The translations under genes were made by a program, and so were the position numbers. A stretch of 64,000 nucleotides of DNA, taken from the NCBI GenBank assembly GCA_030390025.1, contig CM059431.1, positions 147,996,001 through 148,060,000 on the forward strand, written 5' to 3'. The stretch comes from Squalus acanthias. Taxonomy: Eukaryota. The notes beneath the pieces were generated by a model that saw nothing but the letters and a program-made list of their open reading frames with translations, was not told where the DNA came from and did no database searches. Below are positions 38,601 to 48,410 of this stretch, piece by piece (within the stretch, counting starts at the first letter, position 1; every line of letters starts with the position of its first letter).

Positions 38601-40790
38601 CTGTCTCTTTCTGTGTCTCCTGCTTTTGTCTCTCTCTCTCTTTCTCTGTCTTCCCCGCCTGTCGCCCCCACCTTGATCACCGTCTCTCTCCCCATCCGTA
38701 GCCGAGCTGTCTGTCTCCCTGTCAGTCGGTCTCTCTCTTTGTCGCCCCATCTGTCACTCCTTCTCTGTGTCTACCCATCTGTCTCCCCGTCTGAATCACA
38801 CTGTCTGTCTTTTAATCTGTCTCTCGCGTTTGTCTCTTTCTCTCTCTCCGTCTTCCCCGTCTCTCTCCCCTTCTCCCCGTTTGTCTCGCTCTCTGTCTGC
38901 CCCGCTGGTGTAACCCCATCTATCTTCATCAATGTCTCTCCCTCCGTCCTTCAACCATCCCGGGTCTGTCTCTCGTACTTTCTGTCTCTCCCTCTGTGTC
39001 GTCTCCCCGTCTGTTCTCTATCTGTCTCTCCGCTATCTGTCTGCCCCATCTGTCTCTCTCTGTGTCACCCCGTCTGTCTCCCCCTCATCAGTCAACCCTG
39101 CTGGTCTGTCTTTCCTTCTCCCCCCCGCCCCCCCGCACCGTCTGTTTCCCCGTCTGTATAGCTCTAACGGTCTCAACCTGATCTGATCTCTTTCTTTCTT
39201 TCTCCCCGTCTGTCCCTCCTATCTCTCACGCTTTGTCTCCCTCCCGGCTATCTTCCCTTCTGCCTCCTCCTGTCTGTCTCCCCCATCTGTCTCTCTCTGT
39301 TTCACACACATCTGTCTCCTCCCCATCTCTCTCCCCCTGTCTCTCTCTTACTCTCTGACGCCCTCACCGGTCCTCATCGTCTCCCTCCACCCCGTCAGTT
39401 TCCCCTGGTCTCTCTCTCTCTATCTCCACAGTCTGTCTCTCTCTCTCTCTCTCTCTGTCTTCACTATCTGTCACTTTTCCTCAGTCTTCACAGTCTGTCT
39501 CTCCACCAGCTGTCTCTCTCTGTCTCCCCCATTCTGTGTACTCCCTTTATCTCCATCAATCTCTCTCCCCATCCTTATCCTGCCCCGGGTTCTGTCTCCC
39601 GCTCTCTCTGCCTCTCCAGCGTCGGTCTCCCCCCATCAGGCTCCCCCGCTGGTCTGTCTCTCCTTCTGTCGCCCAAGCGTCAGTCTCCCCCGTCTCTATT
39701 CCCGTCTGTCTATCTTTGCTGTATCAAACCCGTCAGATCTCTTTCCTTCTACTTTAATGTCTCTCCTCTCACTCTCCCTTCCGTCTGTCTTAATCTCTGT
39801 CTCCACCACCGTCTGTCGCTCTATGTGTCTCCCTGCATCTGTATCCCCGGTTTCTCACCCCCGTCTGTATCCCCCTACCAGCGTCCATTTCGCTCTCTCT
39901 GTCTCAATCCGTCTGTCGCAACACCATCTGTCTCTCTCGCTTTGTCTCCGCATCATCTGCCCGTCTGTTTCCTCGTCTGTCTCTCTCTCTCTCTCCCTCT
40001 CTCTCTCACTGTCTCCCTTCCCCGGTTGTCTCTCCATCTGACTTACTTGTTTTCTTCTCCTGTCTCCCCCACCGTCTGTCTCATCCGTCTGTCTCTCTCT
40101 CTCTGTCCAACTCCTGTCGGTCTTTCTATATGTCTTCTTTTCTTCTTAGGCAGTCCCTCGAAACCGAGGATGACTTGCTTCCACGTTAAAAATGAGTTTT
40201 CAGGTGACTGATGAGTCCATTGCGGGACCTACAGTCTCTGTCGCAGGTGGGGCAGACGGTGGTTGAAGGGGCGGGTGGATGGTGTGTTTGGGTTGACGTG
40301 CGCTCCTTGAGTTGCCTGCACATGACTTCCGCTTGCTCCCGGAGAAGGGACTCGAGGTGTTCGTAGCATTCCCGGATGCTTCTCCTCCACTTTGTGCGGT
40401 CTTGGGCCAGGGATTCCCAGGTGTCAGTGGGAATGTTGCACTTTTTCAAGGAGGCTTTCAGGGTGTCTATATGTCATCCAGTGTCTGACTCCCCGCCGAT
40501 CCTCCTGCATCCCACTCCACGCCGCCGGTCTGACGCTCTCTCTCTCTCTGTCTCCCCGCCATCTGTCTTGCTCTCTCTCTCTGTCCAACACCTGTCGGTC
40601 TTTCTTTTTGTCATCCAGCGCCGCTCCTCCTGCACCCCACTCCCCACCACCGGTCTGTCGCTTCCTCTCTCTGTCTCCACACCCAGCATCTGTCTCGCTC
40701 TCTCACTATTTCTCCCGGTCTGTCTCCAACAGTCTCTCCCCCTGTCCTTCTCCCGCTCCCGCTCTGTCTCTCGTGCTTCTCCCCTGTGTT
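38600..40790. repeat. CT-rich low-complexity tract
   Basis: (CTGTCTCTC)-like degenerate repeats. Confidence 0.9.
40137..40467 (-). mobile_element. RTE LINE 3' end, same family as 10262-11700
   Basis: TWESLAQDRTKWRRSIRE...CPTCDRDC; tail GGGACTGCCTAAGAAGA. Confidence 0.88.
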
Positions 40791-41255
40791 GTTTCAAACA
40801 ACCTTCTGTTGTCCACTTGAGCAGTACCGAATTAAGTCTTCTGGTTATATCATTTTATTCTTTAACTTCACATAAAAAGCAATTTGCAAGCAGAGTATAA
40901 ACACAGATAGAGCACACGAACGTAGGCATGTATCCCTTCTCATGCTGCTTGAACAAAGAAAACAGCTTCTATTGATACACTATTCCCTTTATCAAACTGG
41001 AAGCAGCCTTGCCTTATCTGGTAGTCTCCGGTCAAAAGCACCGTCCTTCAGCCAATGCACACAAGTTTACATTTTTAGTACAACAACATTCGGAGTTTAC
41101 ATTCAATGTACCGTCCTTCAATCGGCTTCTACTTCAACAACCTCTCGCAAAAATTGCAATGATGTGTGGTGGGGTATTTAAGTCTGACAATACTATAAAC
41201 ATCCCAAGACCCGACTGCAATCTTCAACACTGGCTGTTGCTAAGTGAAGTCTGTA

Positions 41256-41287
<32 letters not shown>

Positions 41288-41459
41288 CAATGATGCCAAC
41301 CACATTTTCCCATATTGAATGAACAAAACATGAACAACTTTCGGAAGCTGAATTAATCGAGGACCACATGCCAACTGATAGCTCATTCAAAGAGCCGGCA
41401 CAGGTTCGATGGGCCGAATGGCCTCCTTCTGTGCTCTATCATTCTATGATTTTCAGATC

Positions 41460-41660
41460 CGCCGAGCATCTACTCTGTCAAGCCCTGTAAGAATTTGAAA
41501 CGTTTCAGTGAGATCTCCTCTCATTCTTCAAAATTCGAGGGAATATAGGCCGAGTCTACTCCATCTCTCCTCAAAGGACAATCCCCCCATCCCAGGAACT
41601 AATCTAGTGATCCTTCGCTGCACTCCCGCGAAGGCAATTATGTATTTCCTTAGGTAAAGA
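41460..41660 (-). mobile_element. CR1 fragment
   Basis: Minus strand resembles the RLVPGM...MRGDLTETF segment of ORF2. Confidence 0.65.
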
Positions 41661-42409
41661 GGCCTGTGTTAAGGGGCGGGGATTCCCTTTATGTTAGGGG
41701 CAACGGAAACGGTTCCTTAGACTCCCAGCTAAGGTACAGTGCAACGGAGATCTCTCTGCAGCGTACCTGACTCCTCACCGGGTGATTTTCATCCGTTCCC
41801 AGGTACGAGACATGCCGAAAGACCACCTCCCGTGAAAGTGACTCCCACTGAAGTTGAAAGATGAAAATGCGGAACAAGATAGGAAGAAAGAAATGGACAC
41901 AACCGGATGATCAGGGCTTGTCAAGGGTGGGGTGGGGTGCGGTGGTTTGATGTTGGGGTGTAGTGGGTGCGGGTAGGGCTGCATTGGGTGGGGTGTAGGG
42001 GGTGCCGTGTGTGGGGTATGGGTGGGGAGCAGTGGAATGGAGTTGCAGTGGGAGGGGTGGAGTGGGCATTGGGCTGTGGTGTCAAAATCTTAACTTACAA
42101 ACAACAGACAGCTAATCCTGGGAGGCAAGGTCAGACTGTGTGTCCTATGTGGGATGTTATGCATCATCTAATCTGACTAACTAAAAACGCTGTCTCAAAC
42201 TCTAATACAAGTTTGCGAGGAAATCGAAACTTGCGCAGGTCCAGTAAGACACAACCTATACATTAAACCCTTGCATGTCTGCAGTAAAAACATACAATCA
42301 ATTAAACACAGTATTATCCTGTCACAGCTTCATTCGCATAACCATAATTATTTTAGGCACCCTTAGATTCTAACAGCAGAATAACAATGCTGGACGATTT
42401 CGCTGTCCA

Positions 42410-43095
42410 ACTCTGGCTTTGGAACTTCCTGCTCTATGTGTGTATGTGGGGCTCAGTACCACACTGGTAGGGGCATCAGGCTAACTCAGCAGAGGCCATT
42501 GATGGAGCCAAGCCCTTTCCTGCGCTGTGTGAGGGGCTCAGTACCACACCGGATGAAAGCAGACTAACACAGCTCAGGCTTCGGATGGAGCCTGGGCATT
42601 TCCTGCTCTGTCTGTGTGTGTGGGGCTCAGTACCACACCGGGTATGAGATTAGATTCATTCAGCACAGGCCGGGGATGGAGCCTGGGCATTTCCTGCTCT
42701 GTCTGTGTGTGTGGGGCTCAGTACCACACCGGGTGTGAGATCAGCTCATTCAGCACAGGCCGAGGTTGGAGCCTCGGCCTTTCCTGCTCTGTGTGTGTGT
42801 GGTCTCAGTAACACACCGGGTGTGAGATCAGGCTAACTCAGCACAGGCCGGGGATGGAACCTGGGCCTTTCTTGCTCTGTGTGTGTGTGTGGGCTCAGTA
42901 CCACACCGGGTGTGAGATTACGCTAACTCAGCACAGGCCGAGGTTGGAGCCTGGGCCTTCAATGCTTTGTATGTGTGGGCTCATTTCCACACTGGGTGAG
43001 ATCAGACTCACTCGGCACAGGCCGAGGATGGAGCCTGGGCCTTTCCTGCTACGTGTGGCTCAGCTACTCACTGGATACTCAAACTGAGCCCGAAT
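42410..43095 (-). repeat. ~90-bp tandem array (~7 units) derived from a tRNA-SINE head
   Basis: Period 90-91 (42591, 42682, 42772). Minus strand has a single A-box-like GGCTCAGTTTG near 43090 and a B-box-like GG(T/C)TCCATCC in most units. Confidence 0.7.
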
Positions 43096-43281
43096 GGAAT
43101 GAAATCTATACGTAGCAATGTATAAAATTCTGTTCAGAGAAGATGAAAACTCAGATACTTCAGATTGTGTTGCAGTGAATTGTTGTGGTGACAATGGTTC
43201 AATTAGTCTGTTTGTTCAGTGACTGTAATTAATGTCAGTTACAGTGAGGCCTAATTATGTCACTCGGGGATTTTTCTCTGC

Positions 43282-43289
43282 TATAAATA
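43282..43289 (+). promoter_or_regulatory. TATA box of the GPCR gene
   Basis: TATAAATA about 90 bp upstream of ATG 43374. Confidence 0.6.
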
Positions 43290-43373
43290 AGTAGATCCCT
43301 TCGCTGTGTGACCTCACACAATCAGCGCGCTGCCTCCCGCACAAACACCACCAGCCTCTTACAGAGGGAAGGC

Positions 43374-43485
43374 ATGGGTTCCATAAGCTCTATGGAAAGT
43401 GATCTTGAACTAGAGCGGATATTGGGAATAGTTAATGATATACAACAGATTTTTTATCCGCTCCTCGCTGCTGTTGGTGTTCCCA
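43374..43485 (+). CDS. GPR139/GPR142-like class A GPCR, exon 1
   Basis: MGSISSMESDLELERILGIVNDIQQIFYPLLAAVGVP supplies the first half of TM1. Phase-1 donor GTAAGA at 43486 joins exon 2 in frame (A+TG). Confidence 0.8.
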
Positions 43486-43639
43486 GTAAGAACCTATTTC
43501 CAGTTATTAATTCTATAAACCATGTTACACTGTAATATTATTATTGCTTTTTACCGTGGTAAATTCAGTTATTAATTGTATTCTCTGTTTCAAGTTGTTG
43601 AAACTTTGTTAAAGCATGGGCTGTTGATTATAAAGACAG

Positions 43640-44300
43640 TCGCATTTTCGCTGCTATTGATGTACCTTGTAAGACTCTGTATCCAACTATTAATTCTGTA
43701 AATCATGTTTAACTGTATTACTGTTCTTGTCAATTATCCCGCCCCCCATCCCTCACTACTTTTGGTGTCCCTGGTAAGTCTCTATATCCAACTATTAATT
43801 CTGTAAATCATGTTCCACTGTATTACTGTTCTTGTCAATTACTCCTCCGCGCCTCACTGCTGTTGGTGTCCCTGGAAAGACTCTGTATCCAAGTATTAAT
43901 TCTGTAAATCATGTTTCACTGTATTACTGTTCTTGTCATTTATCCCGCCCCCCATCCCCTCACTACTTTTGGTGTTCCTGGTAAGTGCCTGTATCCAACT
44001 ATTAATTCTGTAAATCATGTTTAACTGTATTACTGTTCTTTTCAATTATCCCGCCCCCCATCCCGTCAATACTTTAGGTGTTCCTGGTAAGTGCCTATAT
44101 CCAAGTATCAATTCTGTTAATCATGTTTAACTGTATTACTGTTCTTGTCATTTAACCCGCCCCCCATCCCCTCACTACTTTTGGTGTTCCTGGTAAGTGC
44201 CTGTATTCAACTATTAATTCTATAAATCATGTTTAACTGTATTTCTCTCCTTGTCATTCTCCATCCTATCCGCGTTGCTTTCGTCTATTGATTCTGAAAG
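43640..44300 (+). repeat. ~106-bp tandem array of exon-1 3' end and splice-donor copies
   Basis: Units end GGTGTYCCTG|GTAAG; donors at 43669, 43774, 43875 (mutated), 43981, 44087 and 44193. Confidence 0.9.
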
Positions 44301-44460
44301 TGATACAGTTTTACCAAGATTCAATAGTTCTATATTCAACTCAATAAACGATATTGGACGATACTCTTTATTTAACGAATTTCATTCTGTTCTCTGCATT
44401 GCATATTTGTATCAGATCGGAAGAATGTTGTCTTGGTTGAGGCGACTTTTCACCAAATAG

Positions 44461-44880
44461 CGAAAGGTCATCAACCTGAAACGTTATTTCTCTCTCTCCA
44501 CAGATGCTGCCTGACCTGCTGAGTATTGAAAAGGTTTTAGAAACATAGAAACATAGAAACTAGGAGCAGGAGTAGGCCATTCGGCCCGTCGAGCCTGCTC
44601 CACCATTCAATACGATCATGGCTGATCATCCAAAATCCAGTACCCTGTCCCTGCTTTCTCACACAGAATCCCCATCGAGCCTGCACCGACACATATCCCA
44701 CCCTATCCCCGTAACCCCATGTATTTAATTCCCCCTAACATATCCCTTCCTATCCTATCCCCGTAACCCCACATATTTAATCCCCCCCTAACACTAAGGG
44801 TCAATTTATCATAGCCAAATCAACCTAACCCTGTTCTTATTTCAGATTTCCAGCATCCGCAGTAATTTGCTTTTGTTTTC
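44461..44880 (+). mobile_element. Penelope-type short element split by an HE1-like V-SINE/HER1 tail (44540-44832, -)
   Basis: 44461-44527 plus 44832-44880 match 3543-3672. The insert has a (TAGAAACA)n tail and the V-domain-like GGTTAGGTTGATTTGGCTATGATAAATTGACCCTTAGTG on the minus strand. Confidence 0.7.
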
Positions 44881-46073
44881 ACCTAATTCTCGGTATGGTT
44901 ACTGAAAGAGTCACAGGAACAAATCCTGGCAGATCACACCCACATCTTTAAATGTCTGAAATATCCGCGAATCATTCAGTTCCAGCCAGTGTCTCCTTTC
45001 CCACCATCTCCAGCTCTGCATTAGTGGCTCTGCTTCTGATGGTTAGAATAGGATTACAAGGATAATTAACAGTCTCAAAAAACGTTCAGTCAGCCATATT
45101 TCAATAAGTTTAATTCCAATCTTTGTTTTGAATTTACAATTGGAGCCCATGCCCACCTCTCACTAACAGTTCAGTGGATCTCTCTGTGAGACCCAGCGTG
45201 ATTCTCTATTACCTCCTGCTGTACTGCAGAATAAACAATCCCAGCTGCTTGTAACTGAAGTACTGAGGGTAAGAAAATCCTTTCATATATTCTCGTCTAA
45301 TATTCCCGGCACAAATTGGAAACCAACAGGTGAAAAAGTACAAGGATAAATCTCTTCCATTTGTGTTCAGATACTTTACAAAAACAATCGGCGGCACTTT
45401 GCATGTTGGATAAGTCACGTGATTATGATGCCAACAAAATGCATTTAGTCGGATATTCCCTGCTCCATGAATACTATTTATTTTAAATCAGAGTCCACTG
45501 TTTTTGTTATTTGGAAAATCTTCCTTTCAATGAGCTAGAATTTGTGTATTTCAACATAAATGCAGAAAACTCAATCTTCAAAAGATTTCTTGCAGCCAAA
45601 TTATCTTTATAACTGCAGTGAACTTGTATTTATTATCTTAGCATTCGCATATTACAGCCGTACATTTTAAATACAATTGCTTGCAATCATTGCACGGCAA
45701 GATTGCAGTTTCTGCATTTTGCTGTTCCATTCATTTTCAGACATAAATATAAAGGATATTCTAACCAGGAGCAGGAATCCAAGTGGGATTTCCTCTTCCC
45801 TAACATAACGGGCACTGAAGTGAATTGCACCGCTCCGAATGCTGACTGATCCCGGGAAACGATGGCTTCCTGAGAGGTTCTGGTCCTTTGAGTCCCTGAT
45901 ACCTCGGGCGGAGCTTTTGTCTGCTGGGATAAAGGCAGATCTATCATTTAATCTCTCTTTAATCAAACATCTGTTACTTTCCTGTTGTATTTATCTCCGT
46001 TTCATTTATTGATTCAACAATTGATTCCCGATTATTCTTTCAATAAACCCTGTATTCAGCTCCACAGGTAATA

Positions 46074-46756
46074 GGGCCAGAAATTCGACACTTGCCGGGT
46101 GAGTACCCGCTGTGCACTCACCCGTAAGGCCACCTGAGGTGCCGGTTTCCTGCATGCACTGCGCATCTGCGGGAAACCGGAACTTCCGTTCCCCTGAAGG
46201 GAGGGGTTCAGAGGTGAACCTAGTGCGGTAGAGGCTGTGCGCACGCAGCGAACTTCAGTTTTTCTTCAGGTTTCTCCGGGAAGGTAAGTATGGAAGAAGC
46301 TCCGCTTTTAAAAAGGAGGTGCAAGACCCGTTTTTAACAAGGTAAGTGATTCATTAATTACTATTTAATATTTTTTTAGCAGGTTTATCTTTGTTCGATA
46401 CTTTAAAGAAAGGTAAGTTTATTTTTAGCACTGTTAAAAAGTATTTAATTTTTTCAAAAATTTAAATTTTTGTTTAAAGTAGTTAATTTATTTAACTTAT
46501 ACTTGTTTAAAAATGTGATGGTTTTAAAAAAAAAAAGATTTGTAGTTTTAGGGAAGTTCTGGGGCCGATTTGTATTCATAGATTTGACAGGTCTTCCTGT
46601 CAAATCTATGAATGAAAGATGGTCTGCTGCCATTGGCTCTCCATGGCCCACGTGATTCCAGGGGACGCATCGCACGAACTGCGCTCCCAAGATACACAAG
46701 CACTGCACGCCGGCACCTTGCACCCGCGGGAAACCAGGGAGCCTAATTTCTGGGCC
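46074..46756. mobile_element. Harbinger-like MITE in the GPCR intron
   Basis: Imperfect TIRs GGGCCAGAAATT / AATTTCTGGGCC; homologous (inverted) to 58080-58846; no clear TSD. Confidence 0.75.
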
Positions 46757-46811
46757 TGCTCTTGCTCCCAGCCTGATGTCTAACTTCCCTGTTTATTTAT
46801 CTTCCTCACAG

Positions 46812-47713
46812 TGAACTTAGTGACGATTGTGATCATGTCTCGGGGAAAGTGCGGTCTCTCCAAATGTGTCACTCGCTACTTGGTGGGCATGGCAGCGGCG
46901 GATCTACTGGTCATTATCATCGACCTGATATTGAGGCAGATTCCGATTGTTTATTGGAGACAGTTTATTTTCCTGCGTTCCATCCGGGTGTGTAATATCC
47001 ACGCCGTCCTGCTTTATGCAGCCACAGACTGTTCTGTCTGGTTCACCGTCACTTTCACCTTTGATCGATTTGTGGCCATTTGTCTCCAGAAGCTGAAACC
47101 TAAATATTGCACCAAGGAAACGGCGGCTGTGGTTCTGGGCACAGTGACTGTGCTGAGCTGTTTAAAGAACATCTTCTGGCATTTTCTGTTGACAGATCGG
47201 TATCGGCTTCAGAACACCCCCTGGTTTTGTGAGGTAACATACACTGTTATGATTTCACGGGTCTGGGGAGCAATCGAGCTCGTTCATTATCTTCTCACCC
47301 CGGGCGTCCCATTTGTGGTGATTCTGCTGCTCAATGCTGCCACCGTCAGACACATTTTAGTGGCCAGCAGAGCCCGCAGGAGACTCCGGGGTCCCAACAG
47401 TTTGGAGAGTCCCAGAGACCCAGAGATGGAGAGCCGCAGGAATTCCATAATTTTACTGCTTGTTATCTCCGGCAATTTCATCCTGTTATGGGCAATGTTC
47501 ATGGTGATTTATATATGGAACCGGTTGTGGTATTCGGAGTATCATTCTGTATCTCTACCTCTTTATGTACAGAAAATAGCATTGATGCTGCAGCTGCTGA
47601 GTTGCTGCACAAACACTGGGATTTATGCCGTGACCCAGACTAAGTTCAGAGAGCAGTTGATGAATGTGGGGAAATATCCCTTTAATCTGATTTTAAAATT
47701 CATTAAAGGATGA
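46812..47713 (+). CDS. GPR139/GPR142-like class A GPCR, exon 2 (337 aa total)
   Basis: Polypyrimidine tract and CAG acceptor at 46809-46811; uninterrupted ORF with TM segments; YLVGMAAADL (TM2), TFDRFVAIC (DRY variant), CTNTGIY (NPxxY variant); TGA stop. Confidence 0.9.
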
Positions 47714-47836
47714 GAAGAAGCGGAGCCTTTGCCGCCTGAGATTTCCCTGGGCCTGATATTTTGAGCGAGCCGCCAGTTATCTGGGGACATTAACACGCTC
47801 ACTCACACACTGTCTACACTGGGCTCCCTGTGAGTG

Positions 47837-48235
47837 GCGGCCAGCTGTCAGGGCCCTCTGGAGAGGCAGCAGTGCCCTAGAGAAAGATGGCCGACCTCAA
47901 ACGCGCCCCCTAAAGCAGCGCAACACCCGCCCGCTCAATGATCGCGGCAACCCTACCCTAGACAAAGATGGCGGCGCCGCTCAATGAGCAAAAAAGCGGG
48001 ACCGGCCCCGTTCAAAGATGGCGGCAATGGCGCCCCGCACAAAGATGGCGTCTGTCTGTCTCTGTCTCTCTGTCTCTCTATCGGGGGCTTCCCCCTGGGT
48101 CGATTGCCACCATTGAGGTTTCCCCTTTCCCAGAAGCGAGGCCGCGGAGTGACGGCGGGAGGCCAGAGTCCGGAGGGCGGCAGCAGCGGGAGGCCTGGTT
48201 ACCCTGGGAACGGGCGGGCGGCGAGGGGGAGCATT
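47837..48235 (+). promoter_or_regulatory. CpG-rich promoter-like element with YY1 and RFX motifs (copy B)
   Basis: AAGATGGC at 47884, 47965, 48015 and 48042; GTTACCCTGGGAAC at 48198-48211. Confidence 0.45.
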
Positions 48236-48410
48236 AATGACCATTATGAAAACATCATTGTAATTCATTAAGACCATTAAGAAAACATTATAACTCTTTC
48301 TAACTCATAATGAACACTAATAAAGCATAATAAACCTTTATAAATCATGATGATCATTAATAAATCATTATAACCCTGTATAAATCATTTTGACGACTAA
48401 TAAAACATAT

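Noticed and set aside
46811..46813. GTG start of a single-exon GPCR, as in the ORF track
   Set aside because: The G is the last base of the CAG acceptor; TM1 is incomplete without exon 1.
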